A program made the position numbers and the translations under genes. A model generated the notes under the pieces. It did no database searches and was not told the DNA's origin. It saw only the letters and a program-made list of their open reading frames with translations. A stretch of DNA of 64,000 nucleotides from Flavobacteriales bacterium (lineage in GTDB: Bacteria; Bacteroidota; Bacteroidia; Flavobacteriales_D; CAJJDF01): contig JABAYJ010000005.1 of assembly GCA_018609055.1 (NCBI GenBank), positions 46,915 through 110,914 of the forward strand, written 5' to 3'. Below are positions 51,879 to 61,171 of this stretch, in pieces (the stretch's first letter is position 1; the number at the start of each line of letters is the position of its first letter).

Positions 51879-52247
51879 ATGGAATTAGCAGGAAAAGTAA
51901 AAGTGATATTTGACAAACAAACGTTTGGAAGTGGATTTGAAAAAAGAGAAGTAGTAGTTACTACTCAAGAGCAGTATCCTCAAGACATTAAGTTTGAAGT
52001 GTACAAAGAAAAATGTGATATGTTGAACAACTTCGCAGTAAACGAAGATGTAACAGTACATTTTAACCTAAGAGGAAACGAATACAATGGAAAGTATTTT
52101 GTGAATCTTAACGCATGGAAAATTGATAAAGGAGCAGCAGGAGCTTCACCAGAAGGAAATGTAGTGCCAGATAATGCAGCACCATTACCAACTTCTGAAT
52201 CACCATTTGATTCTGGAAGTGATGGAGGAGACGATTTACCGTTTTAA
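51879..52247 (+). CDS. DUF3127 family protein (SSB-like OB fold with acidic tail)
   Basis: FEKREVVV, QYPQ, GNEYNGKYF, AWKI, C-terminal DDLPF. Confidence 0.85.
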   Translation: MELAGKVKVIFDKQTFGSGFEKREVVVTTQEQYPQDIKFEVYKEKCDMLNNFAVNEDVTVHFNLRGNEYNGKYFVNLNAWKIDKGAAGASPEGNVVPDNAAPLPTSESPFDSGSDGGDDLPF

Positions 52248-52272
52248 TCTAGAAATGTAAATATTGAAAATG

Positions 52273-52301
52273 AAAGGGACGATTTTATCGTCCCTTTTTT
52301 T
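52273..52301 (+). terminator. Rho-independent terminator
   Basis: AAAGGGACGAT-TTT-ATCGTCCCTTT plus T run. Confidence 0.85.
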
Positions 52302-52331
52302 GTAACTTGTTTTTTAAAATATTTATAAAAA

Positions 52332-53126
52332 TTGTCTATTAATACGTCCAATATATTTGATTCTGCAGCTGAGGCTTATGATAATACATTTACTCACTCT
52401 GTGATAGGCAAAGCGCAAAGGAAAAGAGTATATCATTGGTTGAATAAAGTTGATTTTTTTAATGAAAAAAATAAAATTTTTGAAATAAATTGTGGAACTG
52501 GATTTGATGCAGAACAAATTCACAACAAAGGATTACAAATTGTAGCGACTGATGGCTCAGGTAAAATGATAGAGGTTGCTAAAGAAGCAAGATCCACTGA
52601 GATTGATTTTTTTAAACTTCAGTTTAGTGAGGTTGCTAAGGATGAAAAATTCAAGCAAAGCACTATTTTATTCTCTAATTTTGGAGGACTAAATTGTTTG
52701 AGTAAGACTGAACTGAAAGGTTTTACTAAGGATATTGCAGAAGTTCAGACAAAAGGAGATTTAATAGCTTGGGTAATAATGCCTGATCAATGTATGATGG
52801 AATCATTTTATTTTTTACTTAAATTTAAGTTTAAAAAGGTATTCAGAAGAAAGCAGAACGAATCGTTAAAAGTAAATGTTGATGGTGTAGATGTGGAAAC
52901 GTATTACCACTCTCCATATGATTTGAAAGAGGTTTTGGGAGATAAGTACAGGGTTGAATTAACAAAACCAGTTGCTCTTTTTCTTCCGCCTTCATATTTA
53001 GAATCCTTTTTTAAAAAGAATAAATTTTTGTTAAAAGTATTAGAGTTATTAGAGAAAATGTTCGGTTGGATTTCTTTTTACTCAAACTTTGGAGATCACT
53101 ATATAATAATTGCCAGAAGACTATGA
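52332..53126 (+). CDS. Class I SAM-dependent methyltransferase
   Basis: FDSAAEAYD, EINCGTG, ATDGSGKMI, FSNFGGLNC; TTG start. Confidence 0.85.
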   Translation: MSINTSNIFDSAAEAYDNTFTHSVIGKAQRKRVYHWLNKVDFFNEKNKIFEINCGTGFDAEQIHNKGLQIVATDGSGKMIEVAKEARSTEIDFFKLQFSEVAKDEKFKQSTILFSNFGGLNCLSKTELKGFTKDIAEVQTKGDLIAWVIMPDQCMMESFYFLLKFKFKKVFRRKQNESLKVNVDGVDVETYYHSPYDLKEVLGDKYRVELTKPVALFLPPSYLESFFKKNKFLLKVLELLEKMFGWISFYSNFGDHYIIIARRL

Positions 53127-54505
53127 ATGTAATACTTACACACGGTTATTTTCTCCATGAAGATGAGAAAGAAAAGGCAATTATGCGGCCTTATCCTCCT
53201 TTGGGGATTTTATATTTATCGGGTTATTTAAAAGATAAAAACGTGAATCACGAAGTGTTTGATTCTACTTTTTCATCAGAAGAAGAATGGATTAGTTATG
53301 TAGAAGTACACAAACCAAAACTGATTGCTTTCTATACTAATTTGATGACCAAAGTGAAGATTTTGCATCTTATCGATAGATTGAAAAAATCGGATTCATT
53401 CAATGATACTAAGTTTTTACTGGGAGGTCCTGATTTAACTTATAACGTAGAAAACTACATGAAATTTGGTGCTGATTTTTTAGTAATTGGCGAAGGTGAA
53501 GAAACTTTTCACGAAACTATTTCTCAGTTTGAAGGAGACAAAGAATTTGAAAAAGTAAATGGATTGGTTTTTAAAAATGAGAAAGGAGAAATTGTAAAAA
53601 ACCCTCCTCGAGTAAAAATTAGAGATGTAAATGAGCTTTCATTTCCCAATAGAAATGCAATAGATTTATCTCAATATCTTTCTACCTGGAAAACTCATCA
53701 TGGAAAAAGCACAATAAATATATCTACACAAAGAGGATGTCCATACACTTGTAAGTGGTGTAGTACAGCTGTTTATGGGCAGAGTTATCGAAGACGATCT
53801 GCTAAATTGGTTGTAGATGAAATAGAGCAATTAATAAAAGATTACAATCCAGATGCACTTTGGTTTGTGGATGATGTTTTTACAGTGAGTCACAAATGGC
53901 TTGATGAGTTTCATAAGGAAATGACTGAAAGAAATGTGTCAATTCAATTCGAATGCATTACAAGAGCTGAAAGACTAAATGAAGAAGTGTTACAAAAACT
54001 AAAAGATATTGGTTGTTTTAGAATTTGGATAGGAGCAGAAAGTGGTTCGCAGAGAATCATAGAAAAAATGGATAGAAAGGTAGAGTTAACTACGGTAAAA
54101 GAAATGATTCAATTAACCACAAAAATGGGCATGGAATCAGGAACTTTTATCATGCTTGGTTATCCTACCGAAACAATGCATGACATTAATCTAACGATTC
54201 AGTATTTGAAAGATGCAAATCCTGATGTGTTTACCATTACAGTGACTTATCCAATAAAAGGAACTTCTCTTTATACCGAAATAGAAAAAGACATTACAAT
54301 TCAACCACCCTGGAATAATTCAACCGACAGAGAGATTGATTTTGAAAGAACTTATTCGCGTAAATTTTATGATTATGCAGTGAGCAAAGTGGTGAATGAT
54401 GTTAATTTATATAAATTAAAATCAAAAAAAGGCAACAGTAAGTCTGTCTTAAAGATGAAAGCAAAATCTATTGTTTTGGGCTCTTTAATGAAATTGAATA
54501 AGTGA
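53123..54505 (+). CDS. Cobalamin-binding radical SAM protein, copy 2
   Basis: YPPLGILYL, LGGPD, GEGEET, RGCPYTCKWC, VDDVF, GAESGSQ; start ATG 53123 in an ATGA overlap. Confidence 0.92.
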   Translation: MNVILTHGYFLHEDEKEKAIMRPYPPLGILYLSGYLKDKNVNHEVFDSTFSSEEEWISYVEVHKPKLIAFYTNLMTKVKILHLIDRLKKSDSFNDTKFLLGGPDLTYNVENYMKFGADFLVIGEGEETFHETISQFEGDKEFEKVNGLVFKNEKGEIVKNPPRVKIRDVNELSFPNRNAIDLSQYLSTWKTHHGKSTINISTQRGCPYTCKWCSTAVYGQSYRRRSAKLVVDEIEQLIKDYNPDALWFVDDVFTVSHKWLDEFHKEMTERNVSIQFECITRAERLNEEVLQKLKDIGCFRIWIGAESGSQRIIEKMDRKVELTTVKEMIQLTTKMGMESGTFIMLGYPTETMHDINLTIQYLKDANPDVFTITVTYPIKGTSLYTEIEKDITIQPPWNNSTDREIDFERTYSRKFYDYAVSKVVNDVNLYKLKSKKGNSKSVLKMKAKSIVLGSLMKLNK

Positions 54506-55626
54506 TAATGAAAAAATCATTAGTCATATTCCTACTAATTGTTTTAGTGCTTTCATGTTCTAAATCAAAGGAGACTGTCAATGATTTTTCTATCATAAAT
54601 CTTAAATGGAATCAGTCCTATTCTAGCCAAACAATTGAGGATGTAACCAAAGGACTGAACTGGACTTTATCTAATATTGGAGTTTCTTTAAAATTCTCAT
54701 CCAGTGATTATTTACAGGTTTCAAATTCTATATTAGAGTTGAATATTAAAGCCTTAAATTTTGAGTCCAATGGAAGAGAAATTCTATTAAAACTTCACGA
54801 AAGCATCTATAGTTCGGACGAATACATATTGAATAATAGTGTTGATATTGGAAGATACGTTTGTTTACTAATAGGAGCTCCAAATCACTATAATGAACTG
54901 GTTGGAGTGCCTAATTCGCTTCAAGATATTTTATCCAAATATCAATTATTACCAGATAAAGGAAAAATAAATAACTCAAGCATATCTCTTGTAGATAGAG
55001 TTATAGAGTATTCACTTCAAGAAAATGAGTTACAGTTATTATTGTCAACTGAAGTTGATTCAGCTACCAATTCTATTTATGAATTTGAGACTATAGAAAT
55101 CATGAAAAATGGTCAATTGAAGTTCGGAGTTTACGATAAAAACGGATTTCTAAAAACTGCAGCTGATGAGTCGATTACCAATGCTGGTAAAATTGCAAAA
55201 TGCATGTGGTGTCACGAAAGTAATATTGCACAATTAATAAATAGTCAAACAAACGAACCAGGATTTTTAAGTTCCTTACAACTTGAAAATACACTTCGAA
55301 TGTACAATCAAAAACTTTTCTCAAGTCAGGTTACAAGAACTAACAATGTTGTAGATTATATCAACTTGCAAGAACATACAAAAATGGAGTTGTTATACAT
55401 CTCTTTCATGAATCCATCTGCCCAGAGATTGAGTGAAGAGTGGAATATGTCTCAGTCTGATGTATTTATAAGATTAAGCTCACTAGCAAGGCATACTTAC
55501 AGTGAATTTCCTTTTTTGGGGCTACTTTACCACCGAGATGAAGTTAAAAGATACGCGCCAGTTACAGGATTAGCAGTTTCTTCAAGCGTAAGGGAGAAAA
55601 GTCTAATAGAAGTTAATCACCTTTAA
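54502..55626 (+). CDS. Lipoprotein with a single CxxCH (possible c-type heme) motif
   Basis: Lipobox VLSC; AGKIAKCMWCHE, with CMWCH at 55201-55215. Confidence 0.65.
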   Translation: MIMKKSLVIFLLIVLVLSCSKSKETVNDFSIINLKWNQSYSSQTIEDVTKGLNWTLSNIGVSLKFSSSDYLQVSNSILELNIKALNFESNGREILLKLHESIYSSDEYILNNSVDIGRYVCLLIGAPNHYNELVGVPNSLQDILSKYQLLPDKGKINNSSISLVDRVIEYSLQENELQLLLSTEVDSATNSIYEFETIEIMKNGQLKFGVYDKNGFLKTAADESITNAGKIAKCMWCHESNIAQLINSQTNEPGFLSSLQLENTLRMYNQKLFSSQVTRTNNVVDYINLQEHTKMELLYISFMNPSAQRLSEEWNMSQSDVFIRLSSLARHTYSEFPFLGLLYHRDEVKRYAPVTGLAVSSSVREKSLIEVNHL

Positions 55627-57187
55627 ATGAACTGGATAAAAACAAATAGTGTTTTTGTAATCCTACTATTCTTAGGCGTAATAGCTGTTTTCTTTTTTAA
55701 GGATTATTCTATTCATGATTTTGGCAATTATTATTTTGGAGCATATTTTTTAGGTCAAGGGGGGGGGTAATTCTGAATTATATTTCCCTCATATTTTTAA
55801 TCAAAACATTGCCCAACTCGGTTATCCCGATTTATATTTGAGCTATGCTCCCAACACTCCTTTTTTATCGGTCTTCTTTTATCCATTCACTTTTCTGCCT
55901 GCTTACTCAGCTAAAATTGTGTTTAATACTTTAAGTGTTTTATTATTCTCCTATTCAATTAATAAATGGTTTGTTAGGATTAAAATTAAGCCTCAATATT
56001 TAATTTTAATCCTTCTAATTGTAGCGATTCCTATTACCAATGGATTACTGTTTGGGCAAGTTTATTTATTATTGTTCTTTCTTCTTTCTGAAGGTTATTT
56101 CGCTTTAAAAAATGGAAACAATATAAAAGTTGCCTTGTTTTGGTCTATTGTAATTTGTCTAAAAGTATTTCCGATATTTTTGCTTTTATTCTTAATATTA
56201 AATAGGAAGTTTAGGCCATTTATTCACTCTATTGTTGGAGTTTTTATACTCTTTTTATTCAGCTTAATATTTGTAGATTTTGAAGTATGGAAATTCTATT
56301 TGATGGAGGCTCTACCTAAAGCTTTAAGTGGTGAAATTTATGCTGAATTCGTTCCTCATTATCAATCGGTAGATGAATTATTAAAACACTATTTTGTGTT
56401 TCATCCGAACTATAATCCAAATCCAATTTATGATAGTTATCCTTTGTACAAAGGAATATTGTTAGGGTTTAAATCTCTTCTTATGATGGTTGGAGTTCTT
56501 TTAGCAATTCAAAAGAAGGAGCTGCTAATCCAGTTTTGCTATTGGATATTTGCTGCAATGCTTTTTTCATCTTATGGGAGTTCCTATTCTATGATTTTAG
56601 TATTGTTTATGGCTATACTTTTATTGCAATACAACAAGGTTTTTAAGGTTCGTTCAGTGGTGTTTTTCATCTTACTTTTTTTAATGAGCAATTTGCCAGT
56701 TTCCTTATTTATAGGTTTTAATTTCCCCTTTATTAAAACCTTGTTTTATCTATCAATTCTCTTTCTTCTCTTTTTTAGAGAAATCACATTTAATAAACTA
56801 CGATATCTATTAGGTCTATCAATACTCGTCTCAATTATTATATTTGCTAAGCAGGAGAAACTAATTCCAGAGGATTATTTTACCTCAGAAAATCAACCTG
56901 GATTAATCTATGATTATGATGTCAATGAATCAGAGTTGTCAGCTAAGTATTGGAGTGTAGAAGGTGAGAAAGAATTTGTTTTCAAAGAAGCTATTAGCAG
57001 TCAGTCTATTGATAATATTGAGTTGATTGATAATCAGATTTACTATCATGGTAAGCAGATGACTTTTATTAATTCTAATAAACTAAAGCCGGTTTGTATA
57101 AATAGAAATACAATTGTTTATCTTTCAGATCAAGGAAGAGGACTTGGTTTTTATACTGTTAGAGAATTAAAAATACCTTTGAAATAA
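55627..57187 (+). pseudogene. GT87/DUF2029-like membrane glycosyltransferase, frameshifted at a G9 tract (55759-55767)
   Basis: ATG 55627, TM1 then HDFGNYY. G8 instead of G9 joins in frame to NSELYFPH...YAPNTPF...GQ...LKVFP. Confidence 0.78.
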
Positions 57188-57867
57188 TGCTAAACTATTT
57201 AAAAAACATAAGGGAGAATAGGAGGCAGAAGCAATTTTATAATAGCTTAATAAACACTAGCGACTTGTGTTTTGACATTGGAGCTAACCTTGGATTCAAG
57301 AGTAAAATATTTCTTAGTTTAGGCGCAAAAGTTATTGCGATTGAACCACAGTCAAGCTGTATTAAAGAGCTGAAAAAGATTAAAAACAACAACTTTAAAT
57401 GTTTTCAATTTGCAGTTGGTTCTAAAAATGAAGAAAAAGAATTACAGCTTGCTAATCATGTTGAAGTTGCTACATTTTCACAATCATTTATCGATTATTT
57501 TGAGACTGAAGATTTAAAATGGACTAAAACAGAAACTGTAAAGGTTAAAACTTTAGATAGTTTAATTGAGGATCATGGAACACCAGACTTTTGTAAAATA
57601 GACATTGAAGGATATGAATTAGAAGTGCTATCTGCTTTAACTAAATCTATTCCTTTGATAGAATTCGAGTTTACAGGAGGATTTATTACCGAAACCATAG
57701 AGATTCTAAATTTATTTAAAAATGACAGCTACAAATTCAATTATAACTTAAATGAAAAACCTAAATTTGAGATAAGTGAATGGATTAGCTCTCAAAAGAT
57801 GATTGATATTATAAACTCTCTTCAAAAAGAAAGACTTCACGGAAACATTTTTGTAAAAAGTAAATGA
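57187..57867 (+). CDS. FkbM family methyltransferase
   Basis: FDIGANLG, AIEP, TLD, KIDIEGYELEVL. Confidence 0.92.
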   Translation: MLNYLKNIRENRRQKQFYNSLINTSDLCFDIGANLGFKSKIFLSLGAKVIAIEPQSSCIKELKKIKNNNFKCFQFAVGSKNEEKELQLANHVEVATFSQSFIDYFETEDLKWTKTETVKVKTLDSLIEDHGTPDFCKIDIEGYELEVLSALTKSIPLIEFEFTGGFITETIEILNLFKNDSYKFNYNLNEKPKFEISEWISSQKMIDIINSLQKERLHGNIFVKSK

Positions 57868-59384
57868 AAAATAAAATAATCATATTCAATCCCAGAAGTG
57901 CTAATGCAAAGCATAGAATTCCTAATTCTATACTTCAAGTTGGAGCATCCATCCATGGTAAGTTTGAGTACGTTTTTGTAGATGGTAATTTAGAGAAAGA
58001 TCCATTTGAGACTATTGAAAACTATTTTAAAACAGGCGAATTTAAATATTTCTGTTCTACTGTAATGCCTGGTCCTCAGCTTCAACAAGCTATTCCTTTT
58101 ACAAAAAAAATCAAAGAACAATTTCCAGATTCAATAACAGTTTGGGGTGGATATTTTGCTGCTAACCAATATAAGGTTTCAATCAATTCTGGATATGTAG
58201 ATTACATTGTAACTGGACCAGGTGATGTTGCTTTCCCCTCTTTAATTGGAGCTTTGGAGGAAAATAATGTAGAAGAGATTCCTAAGATTAAAAACCTTAT
58301 TTACTTAGAAGAGAATAAAACAATAACGAAGACTGCAAAAGAAGCTTTGTTAAATCAAGATAAATTACCTGATTTACCTTACGAATACCTTAATGAGTTT
58401 TATCCGTTAGAGGGTTATTTGTCTAAAACATTCATGGGTAACAAAACGTTTTCATACCACTCAAGTATTGGATGTCCTTTTTCTTGTTCTTTTTGTGCAG
58501 TTGTGCCTATTTATAATGCAAGGTGGCAAGGGAAATCAGCAGAGTCTATTTATAAAGATGTTAAGTTTTTTAAGGATAAATACGGTATTGATGCGATAGA
58601 ATTTCATGATAATAACTTTTTCACTTCTCGTAAAAGAGTAATGGCTTTTTGTGAATTGGTAAAGGATGATGGAATCCAATGGTGGGGAGAAGGAAGAATA
58701 GATACATTAAATAAATATTCGGATGAGGAATTACAACTGATGCGTGAAGCAGGTTGTAAAATGATATTCTTGGGAGCAGAGACAGGAAATGATGAAGTTC
58801 TTAAGCAAATGAATAAGGGAGGGACTCAAACAGGAGCAATGATTGAGGAGTTTGTATTAAGAATGCGAAATGCTGATATTATTCCTGAATTATCTTTCGT
58901 TTTAGGATTACCATTAGAAACTGAACAAAAAGTATTTGATCAAATAAATTGGGATATCAATTTTATTAAAAAGATTAAAAAAATAAACCCTGAGGCTGAG
59001 ATTATTATTTATTTGTACAGTCCAGTGCCAACCGAAGGATCAGAATTATATAAAACGATTACCGAAGCAGGATTTAATTTCCCTGAGAGATTAAAAGATT
59101 GGATTTCTCCAGTTTGGGAGAATTTTGACTTAAGAAAAAATCCACTTACACCTTGGTTAACCCCAAGAATGATTAGTAGAATTAAGAATTTTGAAACAGT
59201 ATTAAACGGAGTTTTTCCTACTGTATCAGATTTTAGAATTACTAAGTTTAAAAGAGCAATAGTTAGAACAACAGCTGTTACAAGATATAAATTGGGATGG
59301 TATGCATATCCATATGAAATTAAAGTATGGCTTAGATTATGGAAGTACCGCCAGCCAGAAATTGAAGGGTTTTACACAGAATAA
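57864..59384 (+). CDS. Cobalamin-binding radical SAM protein, copy 3
   Basis: VWGGYF, GPGD, GCPFSCSFC, HDNNFF, GAETG, YSPVP. Confidence 0.9.
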   Translation: MKNKIIIFNPRSANAKHRIPNSILQVGASIHGKFEYVFVDGNLEKDPFETIENYFKTGEFKYFCSTVMPGPQLQQAIPFTKKIKEQFPDSITVWGGYFAANQYKVSINSGYVDYIVTGPGDVAFPSLIGALEENNVEEIPKIKNLIYLEENKTITKTAKEALLNQDKLPDLPYEYLNEFYPLEGYLSKTFMGNKTFSYHSSIGCPFSCSFCAVVPIYNARWQGKSAESIYKDVKFFKDKYGIDAIEFHDNNFFTSRKRVMAFCELVKDDGIQWWGEGRIDTLNKYSDEELQLMREAGCKMIFLGAETGNDEVLKQMNKGGTQTGAMIEEFVLRMRNADIIPELSFVLGLPLETEQKVFDQINWDINFIKKIKKINPEAEIIIYLYSPVPTEGSELYKTITEAGFNFPERLKDWISPVWENFDLRKNPLTPWLTPRMISRIKNFETVLNGVFPTVSDFRITKFKRAIVRTTAVTRYKLGWYAYPYEIKVWLRLWKYRQPEIEGFYTE

Positions 59385-60047
59385 ATGAGAGCTTTTATAA
59401 AAAAAATATCTCATCCATTTCTTAAGTTTCTGTTTAATAAATACCACAGTAAACCCAGAGAATATTCATACAAAGATGTCTCGGTTTTGGTTCATCCAGA
59501 TGTTTTCCCACCACACTTTACAATTAGTACAAAGATTTTATTGGACTTTATTAATGAGCTTGATTTAACTAATAAATCTATATTAGAACTAGGTTGTGGT
59601 TCTGGTATTATTTCTTTGTTTGCAGCCTCTAAGGGAGGAGTTGTAACAGCAAGTGATATAAATCCAACAGCTATTGATTTTTTAAATACAGCAGCCAGTA
59701 AAAATGAGCTAAAAGTTAATGCTTTATTCTCTGATTTATTTCAGAATATTTCACAAAAAGAATTCGATTATATTATAATTAATCCACCTTATTATCCCAA
59801 GAATCCTTCAGAAATGAAAGAGAGAGCTTGGTTTTGTGGAGAGGATTTTATCTATTTCGAAAACCTGTTTTTACAATTGATTGCATTTATTCCAAATTCT
59901 AGTGTTTTAATGATACTCTCAGAAGATTGCGAGATTGAAACAATTAAGGCGATAGCAAGTAAAAATAAACTTGAATTTTTGAAAGTGCACGAGACAAAAG
60001 TTTCGTTTGAACGGAATTTTATATTTTCAATTACAAAAACAGACTAA
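59385..60047 (+). CDS. HemK/PrmC-like small SAM methyltransferase
   Basis: PDVFPP, LELGCGSG, SDINP, SDLF, INPPY. Confidence 0.85.
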   Translation: MRAFIKKISHPFLKFLFNKYHSKPREYSYKDVSVLVHPDVFPPHFTISTKILLDFINELDLTNKSILELGCGSGIISLFAASKGGVVTASDINPTAIDFLNTAASKNELKVNALFSDLFQNISQKEFDYIIINPPYYPKNPSEMKERAWFCGEDFIYFENLFLQLIAFIPNSSVLMILSEDCEIETIKAIASKNKLEFLKVHETKVSFERNFIFSITKTD

Positions 60048-60052
60048 AATAC

Positions 60053-60060
60053 TATCTTTG
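60053..60060 (+). promoter_or_regulatory. Bacteroidota primary-sigma -7 element
   Basis: TATCTTTG upstream of ATG 60084; marks the end of the methylase operon. Confidence 0.55.
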
Positions 60061-60083
60061 CAACCTAATTCAAAACCAACAAA

Positions 60084-61145
60084 ATGGAGAAGATAATTAG
60101 TGGTATACAGCAAATGGGAATAGGAGTTCCTGATGTAGAAAAGATTTTTGCTTGGTACCGAGAAATGTTTGGGATAGATATCAAAGTATTTGAAGAAGCT
60201 GCAGAAGCTCCTTTGATGATTGATTATACTGGAAATAAAGTACAAAGTCGTACTGCAACTCTTGCCCTAAATATGGAAAGCGGAGGTGGATTTGAGATAT
60301 GGCAATATACTTCTCGTAATACAGAAAAGGCTGCTTTTGATATTCAATTAGGAGATTTAGGTATCTATAGTTGTAAGATTAAATCAAGAGATGTAAAAGC
60401 TACTTTCAATTTTTTAACCAAAAAAGGAGTAGATATTTTAGGAGACATTACTAAAAATCCTGCTGGAGAAGAAAATTTCTTTATCAAGGATCCAAACGGA
60501 AATATTTTTAATATTGTTGAGGGAAAAGGATTTTTTGTAGATACTAAGCATCCAGCAAAAACTGGTGGAGTTGCAGGAGCAATTTTGGGAGTATCTGATA
60601 TGGAAAAATCATTGAAACTTTACAAAAAAGTATTGGGTTACGAAACTATTGATTTTGATGAAACAGCAGAATTCTCCTGTTTCAAAGGATTGCCTTCTGG
60701 AGGAAAAACTTTTAGAAGAGTTCAGTTGTCTCACAAGAAAGACAAAGTAGGAGCATTTGCAAAATTATTAGGGCCAACTACAATTGAATTAGTTCAAGAA
60801 ATAGGAGGGAGCCCAAGAAAAATATTTGAAAACAGATTTTGGGGAGATTGGGGATTCATTCACTTATGTTTTGATGTACAAAGAATGGATATGCTTAAAA
60901 AGGACTGTGAATCAGCAGGATTTCCTTTTACAGTAGATAGCGACAACTCATTTGATATGGGAGAAGCTGCTGGAAGATTTTCTTACATAGAAGATCCAGA
61001 CGGAGCACTTATTGAGTTTGTAGAAACGCACAAGGTTCCATTGATGAAAAAAATAGGTTGGTACATCAATCTTAAGAAAAGGAATCCAGAAAAGAGTTTG
61101 CCAACTTGGATGCTGAAAGCCATGAAAATGAGTAGAGTAAAATAA
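60084..61145 (+). CDS. VOC (glyoxalase/bleomycin resistance) family protein with tandem domains
   Basis: QMGIGVPD, FIKDPNGN, LGVSDMEKS, HLCF, YIEDPDGALIEF. Confidence 0.85.
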   Translation: MEKIISGIQQMGIGVPDVEKIFAWYREMFGIDIKVFEEAAEAPLMIDYTGNKVQSRTATLALNMESGGGFEIWQYTSRNTEKAAFDIQLGDLGIYSCKIKSRDVKATFNFLTKKGVDILGDITKNPAGEENFFIKDPNGNIFNIVEGKGFFVDTKHPAKTGGVAGAILGVSDMEKSLKLYKKVLGYETIDFDETAEFSCFKGLPSGGKTFRRVQLSHKKDKVGAFAKLLGPTTIELVQEIGGSPRKIFENRFWGDWGFIHLCFDVQRMDMLKKDCESAGFPFTVDSDNSFDMGEAAGRFSYIEDPDGALIEFVETHKVPLMKKIGWYINLKKRNPEKSLPTWMLKAMKMSRVK

Positions 61146-61171
61146 TTTTTAAAGAAATAAAAGACAACAAA

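Noticed and set aside
12808-59384. rSAM genes as hopanoid methylases, RiPP maturases, BchE or tRNA methylthiotransferases
   Set aside because: No squalene-hopene cyclase, precursor peptide, SPASM Cys cluster, photosynthesis genes or UPF0004/TRAM domains are visible in the window. Partners elsewhere in the genome cannot be excluded.
59385-60047. NPPY methyltransferase as a DNA adenine methylase or restriction-modification component
   Set aside because: It is short, has a HemK-like layout with no target-recognition domain, and has no nuclease neighbour.
60084-61145. VOC protein as a resistance or tailoring gene of the methylase operon
   Set aside because: It has its own TAnnTTTG promoter element at 60053 and runs into gltX, so it more likely belongs to the backbone.
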